From IMG/VR virus record IMGVR_UViG_3300010429_001449: 64,000 nt of DNA. One strand, written 5' to 3'. Both the position numbers and the translations under genes were made by a program. Under the pieces are notes generated by a model. It made no database searches. It saw nothing but the letters and a program-made list of their open reading frames with translations, and was not told where the DNA came from. This document shows, piece after piece, positions 38,688-48,773 of the stretch (position 1 is the first letter of the stretch; the number at the start of each line of letters is the position of its first letter). Source of the stretch: a virus. Lineage: Duplodnaviria > Caudoviricetes.

Positions 38688-39035
38688 TCACGAGAACAAG
38701 GGCAAATTGATGCCGGTAGCTTGGCCTTCCGCCGGTATGAAGAACCGCGCAAGACCAAAATAGACCGGTCCGGGACCGCCCGAACCGGAAACACGTATGA
38801 GACTGCCGGAAACGGTAATCCACATGGCAGACACGCCATTCGCTTGAATTGTTGCCGTCTGCACATCGGTCCAAGTCGTCCCGCCGTCGGACGAGTATTG
38901 AACCTTGATCTGGATTGGACTCGTATGGAGATTCCGGAAGTAGTAAGCGCGAGGCCAGCCCGAGTTATCGGGCGTGTTCGCTAGAACAGCCTCCGCTCCC
39001 GGAACGTCAAGAACAACGCTTTGAGCAACAAGCAT
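38688..39035 (-). CDS. Hypothetical beta-sandwich protein
   Basis: GAGGTG RBS; VQYSSDGGTTWTD Asp-box-like motif. Confidence 0.6.
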   Translation of the reverse strand: MLVAQSVVLDVPGAEAVLANTPDNSGWPRAYYFRNLHTSPIQIKVQYSSDGGTTWTDVQTATIQANGVSAMWITVSGSLIRVSGSGGPGPVYFGLARFFIPAEGQATGINLPLFS

Positions 39036-39044
39036 GAGCCACCT

Positions 39045-39467
39045 CTAGTCTTTGAGGTACTTTGCTACCCTGCGAAGATCGCTGGCAGCCTCCTCGATGG
39101 CTTCCTTGTGGACGCGCAGCAACTGCTTGGCCTGCGCCTTGTCGCCGGAATTCAACAGCTTCTGAACGTCATCAGAAGTCCGTTTGGCGTCGCGTACCTT
39201 AGCGCGTGACTCCGCAAGCGATGCTACGGCGGTGGTTTCCGCCAGATCAGCGGCGTCAATGAACAAGTCTTCAAGCTGCTCCAGCCTGCTGTGAGCACCA
39301 CGAAGATCATCCTTGCCGAACAACAAACCGACTTGCTCTAGGCCGTCTTCGATAAGATCGGCCATTTGATTGACCTTCTGGCCACGGGACATTCCGCTAT
39401 TAACGCCCGAGAGGTCGTTGAGCAAACCCTTGGTGAACGCCTGGGTAAGCGTTGTCTGAATACGCAT
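39045..39467 (-). CDS. Hypothetical helical protein
   Basis: AGGAG RBS. Confidence 0.6.
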   Translation of the reverse strand: MRIQTTLTQAFTKGLLNDLSGVNSGMSRGQKVNQMADLIEDGLEQVGLLFGKDDLRGAHSRLEQLEDLFIDAADLAETTAVASLAESRAKVRDAKRTSDDVQKLLNSGDKAQAKQLLRVHKEAIEEAASDLRRVAKYLKD

Positions 39468-40209
39468 TTGGTGCTCCTAATGAGTTACGAAGACTTCGTT
39501 GTAACGGCGGTGCTTGCTGCATCGATTCGAGGGCAACAGCAGCAGGAACGCCGCTCTTTCGCATGGAGAACATTGCCTGAGTTTCAGCCGCAACTACCTC
39601 GCCTTTGCTCGGAGTTGTCAGTTGATGCGGCTGGCCGAGCCAGCCGGTAATCATCGTGTTGAACAACGCGGCCTTCTGCTTCGGGCTGTTCGTTATCTGC
39701 AAAGCCTTGCCCAGCTCTTCGTGCTCAACATCTTGGGGCACAATCAAACCCGCTGCAAGAGCCTGTTCTCTGTTTCTAGCCTGTTTGCGCAGTTCAACCC
39801 CGTAACCTCCCGCCAAATCACCCTCGGCAAATGCGCCCAGAGCCGAGCCTACGGCGGCTTCGCGGCGATCCTGAGCGTCGTAGCTGGCCCGCGCCGTCGT
39901 ATCAATGCCCTGGATACGACCTGCTTTGGACACAGGGGCATAAACAGGCTCCGGCGGAGCGAGACGCGCAGATGACGCGAACGCGGTCGGCTGTACAACC
40001 GGCAGAGGATCAAGTTCGCCTATGCGGTAGGTCAGCCAGTCCTTGAACAGACTTCTGAGTTCATCTACCGGACGGCCAAAAAGACCGCTCGCATCTGTCA
40101 GATCGATGCCTTTTTGAACGTAGATGGTTCCAACCATCTGAATGAAATCCTTTAAGGCGATTTCATTCAGAAGCTTGGCCAGGTTTTCGATGAACTCAGG
40201 TGTTGTCAC
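39400..40209 (-). CDS. Hypothetical protein
   Basis: AGGAG RBS before GTG. Confidence 0.6.
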   Translation of the reverse strand: MTTPEFIENLAKLLNEIALKDFIQMVGTIYVQKGIDLTDASGLFGRPVDELRSLFKDWLTYRIGELDPLPVVQPTAFASSARLAPPEPVYAPVSKAGRIQGIDTTARASYDAQDRREAAVGSALGAFAEGDLAGGYGVELRKQARNREQALAAGLIVPQDVEHEELGKALQITNSPKQKAALFNTMITGWLGQPHQLTTPSKGEVVAAETQAMFSMRKSGVPAAVALESMQQAPPLQRSLRNSLGAPNAYSDNAYPGVHQGFAQRPLGR

Positions 40210-40218
40210 GCGGGACTC

Positions 40219-40758
40219 CTATACTTCGTTGGGGCGTCGGCCAAGACTCATCACCTTCGGCTCGGTGTTTCCTTCCGTCAGGCGCTGAATGCTCGCTACG
40301 ATGTGCTTGAGTTCCTCGATGTGCTGAACCTCTTCCTGCCGAATGTGCTCAAGGACTGTTCGCGTGGCCTCGTCGGGCGCGACGGTCTTCAAGGCTTCGT
40401 AAATGGAAACAGCCTTGACCTCATCGAGAATCGCGCCGTAAATGTAGCCGAGGAAATCCTGCGGGCCAACGGTGGGTTGTTCCCCTCCGGCGGGCATGTC
40501 CCTCGCTATGGCATCGTCACCGGGCGCGGGCGATCCGGCTACCGGCGGAGTTTTCGCTTGCAGCGCCATCGTAGCGTCTGTAAGGGCTGCCTGTGTGTCG
40601 TCTTGGCCCGCCGGTCCGAGCATCGGAACAATGGTCTCGGCCTTCTGGACAAGAGCTTGAACGGCCTGCTTCAGATTCTTGCTGATGGGATCGGCGTTTC
40701 TACCGTCCGCCAACTCATCAAGAATCGCACGCGCTTGCTGTGGCGTTATCTTCCGCAT
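40219..40758 (-). CDS. Protein with a C-terminal half-ferritin-like domain
   Basis: AILDEVKAVSIYE...VLEHIRQEEVQHIEEL (E...EExxH). Confidence 0.7.
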   Translation of the reverse strand: MRKITPQQARAILDELADGRNADPISKNLKQAVQALVQKAETIVPMLGPAGQDDTQAALTDATMALQAKTPPVAGSPAPGDDAIARDMPAGGEQPTVGPQDFLGYIYGAILDEVKAVSIYEALKTVAPDEATRTVLEHIRQEEVQHIEELKHIVASIQRLTEGNTEPKVMSLGRRPNEV

Positions 40759-40768
40759 GGATTGTCCT

Positions 40769-40951
40769 CTATTGCTGTTGTTTTCTTCCGAAGGGATCGT
40801 CCAGAATAGGCTGTATCACAGCCAAAGCTTCCTCGCGCCCCTGTCGGCCTTCTGGGAACCATTGATTAAAAATCTGCATCGCCTCTTGACGCAGTTCTTC
40901 TTCCCGTTTTTCGTCGGGAAGCTGTATATCGAAATTAGAAGCCTCGGCCAT
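40769..40951 (-). CDS. Small acidic protein coupled to the 828 aa gene
   Basis: Starts 1 nt after the upstream stop; AAGGAG RBS. Confidence 0.55.
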   Translation of the reverse strand: MAEASNFDIQLPDEKREEELRQEAMQIFNQWFPEGRQGREEALAVIQPILDDPFGRKQQQ

Positions 40952-40952
40952 G

Positions 40953-43439
40953 TTACTGCTCCTTTATGCCCAACTGTTCAGCAAGAACGCCTGCTATGCG
41001 TTTCTGAGTAGGCTCATCCACATTACGGAACAGGCGCACGTTGTTTTGTAGCCAAGAAAGCACATCTCTTTCGCTCCCGATTGTGCCTTCTCGCGCCGCA
41101 GCTTCAAATCTGCGCGAATCATCTTCAGAGAAGCGCAGTCTTTGGAACAAGCCACGCGCTGCGCGAAGAACGTCTTCTCCAAACTCCACACGCCTTCCGG
41201 TTGGTCTCCGTTCTCCGACCGGACGACGCTCTCTCGGAGGACGACGCGCCGGAAGTTCCCTTCGGCGCGGCGGCGTTGGCGCGGCTGTAGAGGCTGGAGC
41301 CGGGGCGGGAGGCGGCGGCGGTGTAGCCGGGGCTGGGGTCGGGGCGGGAGGCGGTGCGGGGGGTTCTGGCTCCGGAGTAGCCTCTGGCGGCGGTGGTTCT
41401 GGTTCCGGGCCTCGTTCGATAGCAGCCTTGGCGCGGTCTACCAACTCGCGATCTTCCGGACTCAAGTCGGTGCCTTCGAGCGCTGAAATGGCGTCGGTTA
41501 CTCTTTGAACATTACCCCGAGACCACTGCGTCTCGCGGGGATTCCGGCTGCGCTCCATCGAATCAATGTTGGTTGCGATAGCATTTATCGCTTGGCTGCG
41601 AGTCATACCGGCGGGCGTAGCAGCCGGGGTTGGCTCGGTCGGAGGCTCAGGCGCGGGCGGCTCGACTTCGGCGGCTGGCGGCGCGACTTCGGCGGTTGGC
41701 GGAGTGGCTGCGGCGGGCGCGGGGCCGAGAGGCAATACGCCCTGTACGCGGCGAGACGGCGGAGGAACAACCGGAGCACGCGGCTCACGCCCCACGGGCA
41801 ATTCACGGCTTTCCGGCGGACGAGCGCGGCCACCGGCAGTGCTTACGCCGTCTGCCTGCGATGCGTCTGGGACTCCTTGAATCTCGGTGTCGGATGGAAC
41901 CAAGGCTCGAACTGTGTCGAGATAAGAACGCGACTGCTTGCCGAAACGTGCGGCCAGCGCTGTCTTAGCGGCAGACAAGCGCAGCCAAAGTGCCTTCTCG
42001 TAAAGATTAGAGGCTTTTCGAGCTTTCTTGTAGTAGCTCCTTGCGGAAGCCTCCGTTACGCTGACCGCAGAGTTCATTATCATAAACGAAGACCCTGCGT
42101 AGACGGTACTGTGCCGATTCTGCGCAACCCACTCATCGATGCGCTGATTGAACGCATCGTCCGATTCATCAGCGCCACGAACCAAGCCGCCGCCCTCTTT
42201 GTCTCGGGGACGAACAGCGTCCTGGCGCAGCAAAGTATCATAGTCCGTGCCGGAAATGTAACGGCTGTTGTAGTGCAGCACGGACTCTCCCATCACGTCG
42301 ATGTACATTGACAAGGCCGCTCTGGTGTTGCCCGTCTTGCGAGCATCGGCAGACAAAGCCGCGCCACGGACGTTATACGTACCGAGACGCTCATCATCCG
42401 TGCCGATGTTTTCGTCAACAGACGTGAAGTACTTTTTCCAACCCTCAGCATCGCCGCCGCGCATCACGACATCGCGTCCCAAATAAGCGCTCTGCCTCCT
42501 AGCGCGTTCTTCTGGGAAAGCCTGCAAGTCTTCCTGCTTGGCGATTGCGGTGGTGTAATGAACCAAATCATCTCGAACACCCGTATAGATCATCGCCTCG
42601 CGTTGAAGTGCGAGAGCATTTTGCAACGCTTCTTGCTCTTTCGATGATTGGCCGCGTTGCTTGAACTGCTCGGCCTCGCCTATGAAACGCTGGCGCAGTT
42701 CTTCGCACTTTGCGAGATAGGCGTTGGCGTTCCTGACACCTTCGATGTTCTGTTCTCTCGCGCCAACACCCTGCATACCAGTTACGGTGGCGTTCAAACC
42801 TGCATCGTCCCAGTGCAACGATTGGTAGTCGCGCAAGTGGAACCACAAGGAGGCGTTCTTGTTGATGTCGTCCGCCATGAAAAACCGCTTGGTCAACATA
42901 CCGCCGGGCGTCACAAGACGCATAACGTCCTTGACGCTCATATCAGCCTCATTCAGGACGGCTTGCGCTTCGGCAGAGATTCCGGCCTTCCATGTTTTGC
43001 GCTCCCCGGCGTAAGCTCCGCCAGCGCCCCATTCTCCGCTCAGACCGCCTGTGGCCCGCTGGCCGATTGAAGGCAGACTGCCGCCGCGACGACCAGGACG
43101 GCCTCTATGACCGTGGTGGCCGCTGCCTTTGCCGCCCTTTTCGGTGTCCTCGGAACCGGACATCTCATCGGACGATACGACTTCTACTTCTTCGACTGGA
43201 TACTGCGGGGCCAAATCTTCCGGAGAAGATGCTCCCATCAAGGGGATATGACATTTCGGGCATTCCTTACCGCGTGCCGGAATACCGCGTTCGTGGGGCG
43301 ATTGATACCCGCACATCGGGCAATAATCAACCACGGCTCCGCCGTCCATCTGCGCGGGACCGCCCATACCACGCCCTTGTCCACGACCCTTGTCCAGCGA
43401 ATCAAACAATCGAGAACCGAAAGGATGCGGAACAGGCAT
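40953..43439 (-). CDS. Large putative internal virion protein
   Basis: CPMCG...PHERG...CPKC motif; K-GGKGSGHHGHRGRPG.RGGS motif; helical middle; Pro-rich linkers. Confidence 0.7.
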   Translation of the reverse strand: MPVPHPFGSRLFDSLDKGRGQGRGMGGPAQMDGGAVVDYCPMCGYQSPHERGIPARGKECPKCHIPLMGASSPEDLAPQYPVEEVEVVSSDEMSGSEDTEKGGKGSGHHGHRGRPGRRGGSLPSIGQRATGGLSGEWGAGGAYAGERKTWKAGISAEAQAVLNEADMSVKDVMRLVTPGGMLTKRFFMADDINKNASLWFHLRDYQSLHWDDAGLNATVTGMQGVGAREQNIEGVRNANAYLAKCEELRQRFIGEAEQFKQRGQSSKEQEALQNALALQREAMIYTGVRDDLVHYTTAIAKQEDLQAFPEERARRQSAYLGRDVVMRGGDAEGWKKYFTSVDENIGTDDERLGTYNVRGAALSADARKTGNTRAALSMYIDVMGESVLHYNSRYISGTDYDTLLRQDAVRPRDKEGGGLVRGADESDDAFNQRIDEWVAQNRHSTVYAGSSFMIMNSAVSVTEASARSYYKKARKASNLYEKALWLRLSAAKTALAARFGKQSRSYLDTVRALVPSDTEIQGVPDASQADGVSTAGGRARPPESRELPVGREPRAPVVPPPSRRVQGVLPLGPAPAAATPPTAEVAPPAAEVEPPAPEPPTEPTPAATPAGMTRSQAINAIATNIDSMERSRNPRETQWSRGNVQRVTDAISALEGTDLSPEDRELVDRAKAAIERGPEPEPPPPEATPEPEPPAPPPAPTPAPATPPPPPAPAPASTAAPTPPRRRELPARRPPRERRPVGERRPTGRRVEFGEDVLRAARGLFQRLRFSEDDSRRFEAAAREGTIGSERDVLSWLQNNVRLFRNVDEPTQKRIAGVLAEQLGIKEQ

Positions 43440-43491
43440 TTATCTAAACCTCCACTGGCAAACAACGTACAGAGCCGCTGCGTCTTAGCCC

Positions 43492-43520
43492 AATGTAAGA
43501 CAATTCGTGGGGGATGTCAA
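43492..43520 (-). promoter_or_regulatory. Sigma70-like promoter
   Basis: TTGACA-N17-TACATT. Confidence 0.6.
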
Positions 43521-43526
43521 CTCAAA

Positions 43527-43736
43527 TCAACCTCTCTTGTCTGACCGAGCAAGGATATCCTTCAGGGGGCGGCGGACGACAGTAACACGCCCGTCAGGAC
43601 CGATTTGAGGATCAAGAAAGAGTTTTGCGTCGCCGTTGAGTTCGACCGTCAAAGCATCTTCGTTTGCCTCTACGAATCCCGGCACAGGAAAAACAGCCGC
43701 CGGAGGGCGACGATTGTTTTGTTCTTGCTGTCTCAT
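43527..43736 (-). CDS. Small partner (immunity/chaperone-like) of paralog A
   Basis: ATGA overlap with the paralog A stop; clearly homologous to 48774..48977. Confidence 0.8.
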   Translation of the reverse strand: MRQQEQNNRRPPAAVFPVPGFVEANEDALTVELNGDAKLFLDPQIGPDGRVTVVRRPLKDILARSDKRG

Positions 43737-46210
43737 TTCGACCGTCCTTCCAACAGAGTCCTGTCGAGCCGCTTCGTAAACTTATCTATGCGCTGACGAC
43801 TCGGCATTCCTTCTCTGAGATTGATCACGGCATCCCAATCAGTACCCATCATGGAAACAATACCCCACGCGCCTTTCTTGACTGACCCTCGCAAATGCGT
43901 CAAGTACTTCTCCTTCTCCTCGTCTTCCTTATCTTTGTCTTGGATAAAGTGCCGCACAGAAGCCCACCGAGCTTCGTAATAATTGTGGTCTTCAAGAAGC
44001 TGATCCAGTGTAGCTGCTAAATGCGTAGGAAGAGGCATCCTCAAGTCGGTGTATTCCCAGGCGTGATTAAGCTCCTGCGCTTGGGCAGTAAGCGCATCCT
44101 TCATCGTGCTAACATTTGCCCTATCTTGTTCGGAATCAACACTATCGGCCAAACGATCAAACATGCGTTCTACGAGAGACGTGAATCTGTCTCGGGCATT
44201 TTCGGCAATATGCTCACCGGCAAAGTCAAAGCCGCTTTTGGCCCATGTATAACCTCCGCGATCCAAGTTCGCGTGGCAAGTCATTGATTTTCGCCCGAAA
44301 GCCAGAGCCATCTGAGCTTCTCGAACCAACATGCTCCCGGCCCAGTGCGTGTCTTTTGCTCTTCCGGCCATAGATATCAACTCTGCTGTGATGTTTGATT
44401 TAGAATAGGTGCGTCGAATGGTAGCTACCTGCCCCTCGCTATCGCTTATCTCCGCAGTGTAAAACAGGCGTGGGTTAGCTCCACCAAATAAAGCGTAGGT
44501 GGTCACTGATACAGTAAGACCAGCGCCGCCCATAATACTCTCTAAGGTTTTGATAGACGGAGCGTAACCCATCGAGTCAAGCGTGGCTTTGATAACGTCA
44601 TCCGCTCCTTCTTGATAGTCGCCTGTAGCTTTCATGTCCTGAACAGCGCTCTCGAATGTAGCAGGCGACAGCCTCTGCGCAACGGCGTTCATACGAGCTT
44701 TTTCGGCTTCTAGCAACTGCTCTTGCTGCGCTTTTTCTTCAGAAGATAGTTCTGCCGGTTGCTGTCCGCCGTGTTTCAAGGCGGTCAAGAATGTACTCAC
44801 AACGTCGTCCGATACGTCCTTGTTGGTCGCATCCGCCGCGAGAAGGTTTCGATAAAGCTCATTAAGGTCTCCCGAAGATAAGGCGGAACCTTGTCGGTAT
44901 GTATCCAAAAGTTGGTTCATGCGGTTGTCTGAGATATCTCTGTAAAGACTAGCAGACCCTAACGATGCTGATTCCTCATCTTCTTCGCTAAGATCGCGGC
45001 TGCTAAGCGCATCATCCAAGTCTCGTAAACGCCCTCGGAGGTCGTCGTCGGGAAACTCGGACTCGAAGTCATAAACGGCGGCTTCTAAGTTATCTCGGTC
45101 ATCGCTGGTAAGGTAGCCTTCTGATTGATAGCGATCAACGTAGTATTCGATGCTGCCCATCAACTCAGTATATCGCTCGGTTTCTTCCGTAGAGGCGCCG
45201 GACACAGCGTCTTCGACAGAATCGGACACAAGAGCGTACAAATCCGGTGACGCATCCTCCAAAGAGGATGCTAAGGAACGAAGGCTGTCCTGATCACTGC
45301 GGTCGAGCGAGCCGTCGCGGGCAAAGGACTCTAACAGGTCTTGTATCTTGTCGAGATCATCCAAGCTCTCGTTCTCTTCGTACGCCTCTATCTGAGCCTT
45401 GACCTCATCCGTTATCAAGTTCGGATAACGTTTTTCGTAGCGGTCTAAACTCTCGTCAAACTGTTTCAAGTCTTCCGCGCTGGTTATGCCACTGAAATCT
45501 CCTGCGTTGATTCGGGCTAATTGTTCTGAGACTTGCTGCTTGAACGCTGTCGACAACGCCGCAGAGCGATCCGCACGAGCCATAACCGCGTTGCGGCTTT
45601 CTTCGCTCTTGATGTCCTCATAAGACCCTCGCCCAAGTACGCCGGGAAACCGCTCCGCCCAACTATCGATGATGCTGATTAGCCGGTTGTAATCGTCAGG
45701 AGTAACGAAGGCGTCTTCGTTTCCTTCTTTTAAGGAATTGAGTGCGGCGTAAATGGCGTTACCTTCGTCCTTTTCCGCTTGAGGAATGTCTTCCGAAGTA
45801 TAGGAACGCTCCGACGAAGGGCGTTCCTCCGCAGGAGCCGACGGCGCGGGTTCTTCGTCCGGCAAAGGATTAGCTTCCCTTACTGCCGCTACGTAAGATC
45901 GCTCACGTTCTTCCCATCCTTCTTGTTCCCGTTCGGCCAGCATCCTACTCGCAAGTTGCGCGGAAGTGGTAGGCTGTCCGGAAGCGTCTTTGAGGTCTTT
46001 TAGCCGATTCAAGTCTTCGGTCGAGAAAAGCTGATCACTAATAGCCCCGCCAGGCTCAACCAAAGCTAAACGTCCTTCGTCTCCGTGCCCTACGAACATA
46101 TAAGCACCGGTGCGTTCCGTGAACTTGCCTTCCCGGTCGTGCCAAGGATTCTGCTTCTCGACATTGCGAGATTTTTCGAGCGCAATGCTTACCCAGTCGT
46201 AAACACGCAT
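43733..46210 (-). CDS. Large acidic protein, paralog A, with a C-terminal GNAT-like domain
   Basis: YDW..KQNPWHDREGKF; CHANLDRGGYTWAKSGFDF. Confidence 0.75.
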   Translation of the reverse strand: MRVYDWVSIALEKSRNVEKQNPWHDREGKFTERTGAYMFVGHGDEGRLALVEPGGAISDQLFSTEDLNRLKDLKDASGQPTTSAQLASRMLAEREQEGWEERERSYVAAVREANPLPDEEPAPSAPAEERPSSERSYTSEDIPQAEKDEGNAIYAALNSLKEGNEDAFVTPDDYNRLISIIDSWAERFPGVLGRGSYEDIKSEESRNAVMARADRSAALSTAFKQQVSEQLARINAGDFSGITSAEDLKQFDESLDRYEKRYPNLITDEVKAQIEAYEENESLDDLDKIQDLLESFARDGSLDRSDQDSLRSLASSLEDASPDLYALVSDSVEDAVSGASTEETERYTELMGSIEYYVDRYQSEGYLTSDDRDNLEAAVYDFESEFPDDDLRGRLRDLDDALSSRDLSEEDEESASLGSASLYRDISDNRMNQLLDTYRQGSALSSGDLNELYRNLLAADATNKDVSDDVVSTFLTALKHGGQQPAELSSEEKAQQEQLLEAEKARMNAVAQRLSPATFESAVQDMKATGDYQEGADDVIKATLDSMGYAPSIKTLESIMGGAGLTVSVTTYALFGGANPRLFYTAEISDSEGQVATIRRTYSKSNITAELISMAGRAKDTHWAGSMLVREAQMALAFGRKSMTCHANLDRGGYTWAKSGFDFAGEHIAENARDRFTSLVERMFDRLADSVDSEQDRANVSTMKDALTAQAQELNHAWEYTDLRMPLPTHLAATLDQLLEDHNYYEARWASVRHFIQDKDKEDEEKEKYLTHLRGSVKKGAWGIVSMMGTDWDAVINLREGMPSRQRIDKFTKRLDRTLLEGRSK
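45867..46156. repeat. 290-bp colinear duplicate of 48426-48715
   Basis: Near-identical N-terminal coding segments of paralogs A and B. Confidence 0.85.
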
Positions 46211-46219
46211 CGCCGCCTC

Positions 46220-48769
46220 CTAGAACAATCCTTGCTCGCCTTCTTCTTCCATCCTTTGACGGAAAGGCCCGGCGGCCTCGCGCAACGTCTTTCGCTCCAC
46301 TTTCAGTTTACCGTCAGGACCGATGGAAATGTCTATAGCCAACTGTTTATCTCCGCCCAAGTTCTCCATCGCCCAAGCCTGTTCTGCATCAATAAGTCCC
46401 GGAAACAAGAAGTCGGCAGCTTGACGCTTCTGTCGCGGACGTTCATCAACTACTTCCTTGCCGAACAAGTCCTTTTTCACGGAAAAAACTCCATCAAGAG
46501 AAGCTTGAACGGGTTGCGGCGACTTTTCTTCCGGCATTTCCGCCTGCGGAGACGCAGGCTTTGCCGGACGCCACTGCAACCGATGCCTGCGCTGGCGTTC
46601 TTCGCGCTTGCGCAGAGGCTCCAAAGTTCTAGCCAACATGTCGTCAAATCTTTTACGACCGGGAGTATCGGGAGTCAAATCAAGACGTGCCCCCCACGAT
46701 GAGCCGTAAGTCATGTAACGCCCTATGAGACCGTTTTTCAACGAGCCGCGCAAATGCTCTTCGAGATTCTGTCCGTAATGCCGCGCACGCGACTTGGTGT
46801 GAGGTTCCAGCGCCGCAACTATATCGTCTCGGTAGTCTTGCGGCAAAGTTATAACGAGATCGGAGAAATCCCACGCATGATACAGCGGGGGGCGACCTGT
46901 TTGAGGATCAACCGCAAACAAGGAATCGATTGTCTGGCGCAACGGCGTTACTTCGGCGGCAATCTCCTCCCGACTCTTACCTTTGGCCGACATAACTGAT
47001 TCCAAGGTAGTTACAAGATAACCAAGCCCCTGCTGAAAGTTCTGCGTGACATTCTCTCTCTCGTAATGGCTTTCAAAGTCAAAACCGATGTGCCCCCACA
47101 TATAACCTCCTCTGTCTATGTTGGCGTGGCACCTCATCTCTTTCCTTCCATTCTTAACGACCATATCCCCTTCCTTAGCCAACATGTGAGCATTAACCAT
47201 CTTGTCTTTGTACTCGTCTCTCGCCGTGTTCAAGTGAGCATCAACACGGTCTTTGAAATAATGGCGACTCATGTGCATAACTTCTTCTCCCTCAGAGTTT
47301 TGGATAGAAACAGTATAGTAGAGGTTAGGATTATCACCAGAAACGAGTCTATAACCTATGTGCGTCGTATGTCCCGGCGCGTCGTAGGCATAAATGTTCT
47401 CCAGAGCCGCTTTTGTAGGCGTCGGTCCTAATTCTCGAAGCGCCTGCTGAATCCGACGTAACTCCGCTCGGTATCCGCGCAGAGTCGGATCGAGACCCAT
47501 GTCTTGCGCGGCCCGCTCCGCGTTGGTGGTCTCTAGGTGAGCGTCCTTTGTGCGATCTTCTACTTCTCCCAGCACGTCTCGTTGAGAGAGTTCTTCCAAT
47601 AACTGCTCCGCATCTGCGCTCAGAGACGGAAGAGCAGAAACAGCAACGGATTCGGGGCGAACGGCACGCGCCAAACGTCTTTCCGCAGTCAGAAAGATAC
47701 CGCTAGATATAACACCGGGATACTGACTGGCAGCTTCGTCGAAAAACGAGATAGCATCGCGCACATCGTCGGCGTTCAAAGTCTCAGAAGACGAAATCAT
47801 ATCTCGATAATAACGATAACTTTCTTGCGTATCCGCTGGCAAATCACTGGTAGAGCTAAAGTACTGCACGTTAGTTTCTCCCGCGTCAAACTTAGCGAGC
47901 ATACGTTCAGCCGCGTCTCTCCAATGGAAATAGTAAACATCTAATGCCCCATTAACTTGCTCGTTAAGCTCATCGTATCGTTCCGTGAAGGCACGCAAAC
48001 CTTCCGGATCGTTGGCATAGTCCCCGTGTTGTATCTTAGTATCTTCTCGGTATATAAAGTTTGCCACGTCGTCTAGCAACGACCCCCCTGCTAATTCACG
48101 GAGTGAGTTATTTGCAGAGAGTCGTATCTTGGTATAAGGGAATTCGTCGAAAATACCGGGATTCTGAGCCTCAAGTCGCTGCGCGACATCGGCTGTTTGT
48201 CGTATGTCGCGGGTAGAATAATAAAGGGAGTCCACTAATCCTGCAAATTCGTTCCGCGTTTCGAGAGGCAAGCTGAAATAGTCCCCGGCGGGCGGTGCTT
48301 CTTCTTCTTCTCTTTCTTCTTCTGAGGGCGCTGCTTCAGCTTCAGGCTCGCCGACAAGTAGTGTTTCGCCTTGTGTCTCGCCCGGCGTCACGATTGTTAA
48401 CTCTTCGGCAGTCGTCGCTTCCAGAGGATTAGCCTCTCGAACAGCAGCCGCGTAAGCCCGTTCCCGTTCTTCCCATCCCTCTTGCTGCCGCTCCGCCAAC
48501 ATGCGCTGAGCAATCCTTGCCGAAGTTGTAGGCTGCCCATCGTCATCCTTGAGGTCTTTTAGGCGATTCAAGTCTTCATCGGAGAAAAGCCGGTCGCTGA
48601 TAGCCCCGCCAGGCTCTACGAGCGCAAGACGCCCCTCGTCCCCGTGCCCAACGTGCATGTAAGACTCGCCGCGACGCGCAAATTTGCCTTCCCGGTCGTG
48701 CCAAGGGTTCTGCTTGGAGACATGGCGGGACTTCAACAGAGCATATCCGAGCCAATCATAAGTACGCAC
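46220..48769 (-). CDS. Large acidic protein, paralog B, with a GNAT-like domain and fused partner domain
   Basis: GTG at 48769 aligns with the paralog starts; CHANIDRGGYMWGHIGFDF; C-terminal L.GD..L...IGPDG...R..L.E. Confidence 0.75.
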   Translation of the reverse strand: MRTYDWLGYALLKSRHVSKQNPWHDREGKFARRGESYMHVGHGDEGRLALVEPGGAISDRLFSDEDLNRLKDLKDDDGQPTTSARIAQRMLAERQQEGWEERERAYAAAVREANPLEATTAEELTIVTPGETQGETLLVGEPEAEAAPSEEEREEEEAPPAGDYFSLPLETRNEFAGLVDSLYYSTRDIRQTADVAQRLEAQNPGIFDEFPYTKIRLSANNSLRELAGGSLLDDVANFIYREDTKIQHGDYANDPEGLRAFTERYDELNEQVNGALDVYYFHWRDAAERMLAKFDAGETNVQYFSSTSDLPADTQESYRYYRDMISSSETLNADDVRDAISFFDEAASQYPGVISSGIFLTAERRLARAVRPESVAVSALPSLSADAEQLLEELSQRDVLGEVEDRTKDAHLETTNAERAAQDMGLDPTLRGYRAELRRIQQALRELGPTPTKAALENIYAYDAPGHTTHIGYRLVSGDNPNLYYTVSIQNSEGEEVMHMSRHYFKDRVDAHLNTARDEYKDKMVNAHMLAKEGDMVVKNGRKEMRCHANIDRGGYMWGHIGFDFESHYERENVTQNFQQGLGYLVTTLESVMSAKGKSREEIAAEVTPLRQTIDSLFAVDPQTGRPPLYHAWDFSDLVITLPQDYRDDIVAALEPHTKSRARHYGQNLEEHLRGSLKNGLIGRYMTYGSSWGARLDLTPDTPGRKRFDDMLARTLEPLRKREERQRRHRLQWRPAKPASPQAEMPEEKSPQPVQASLDGVFSVKKDLFGKEVVDERPRQKRQAADFLFPGLIDAEQAWAMENLGGDKQLAIDISIGPDGKLKVERKTLREAAGPFRQRMEEEGEQGLF
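48426..48715. repeat. 290-bp colinear duplicate of 45867-46156
   Basis: Same length as the partner copy, with long identical stretches. Confidence 0.85.
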
Positions 48770-48773
48770 GATG

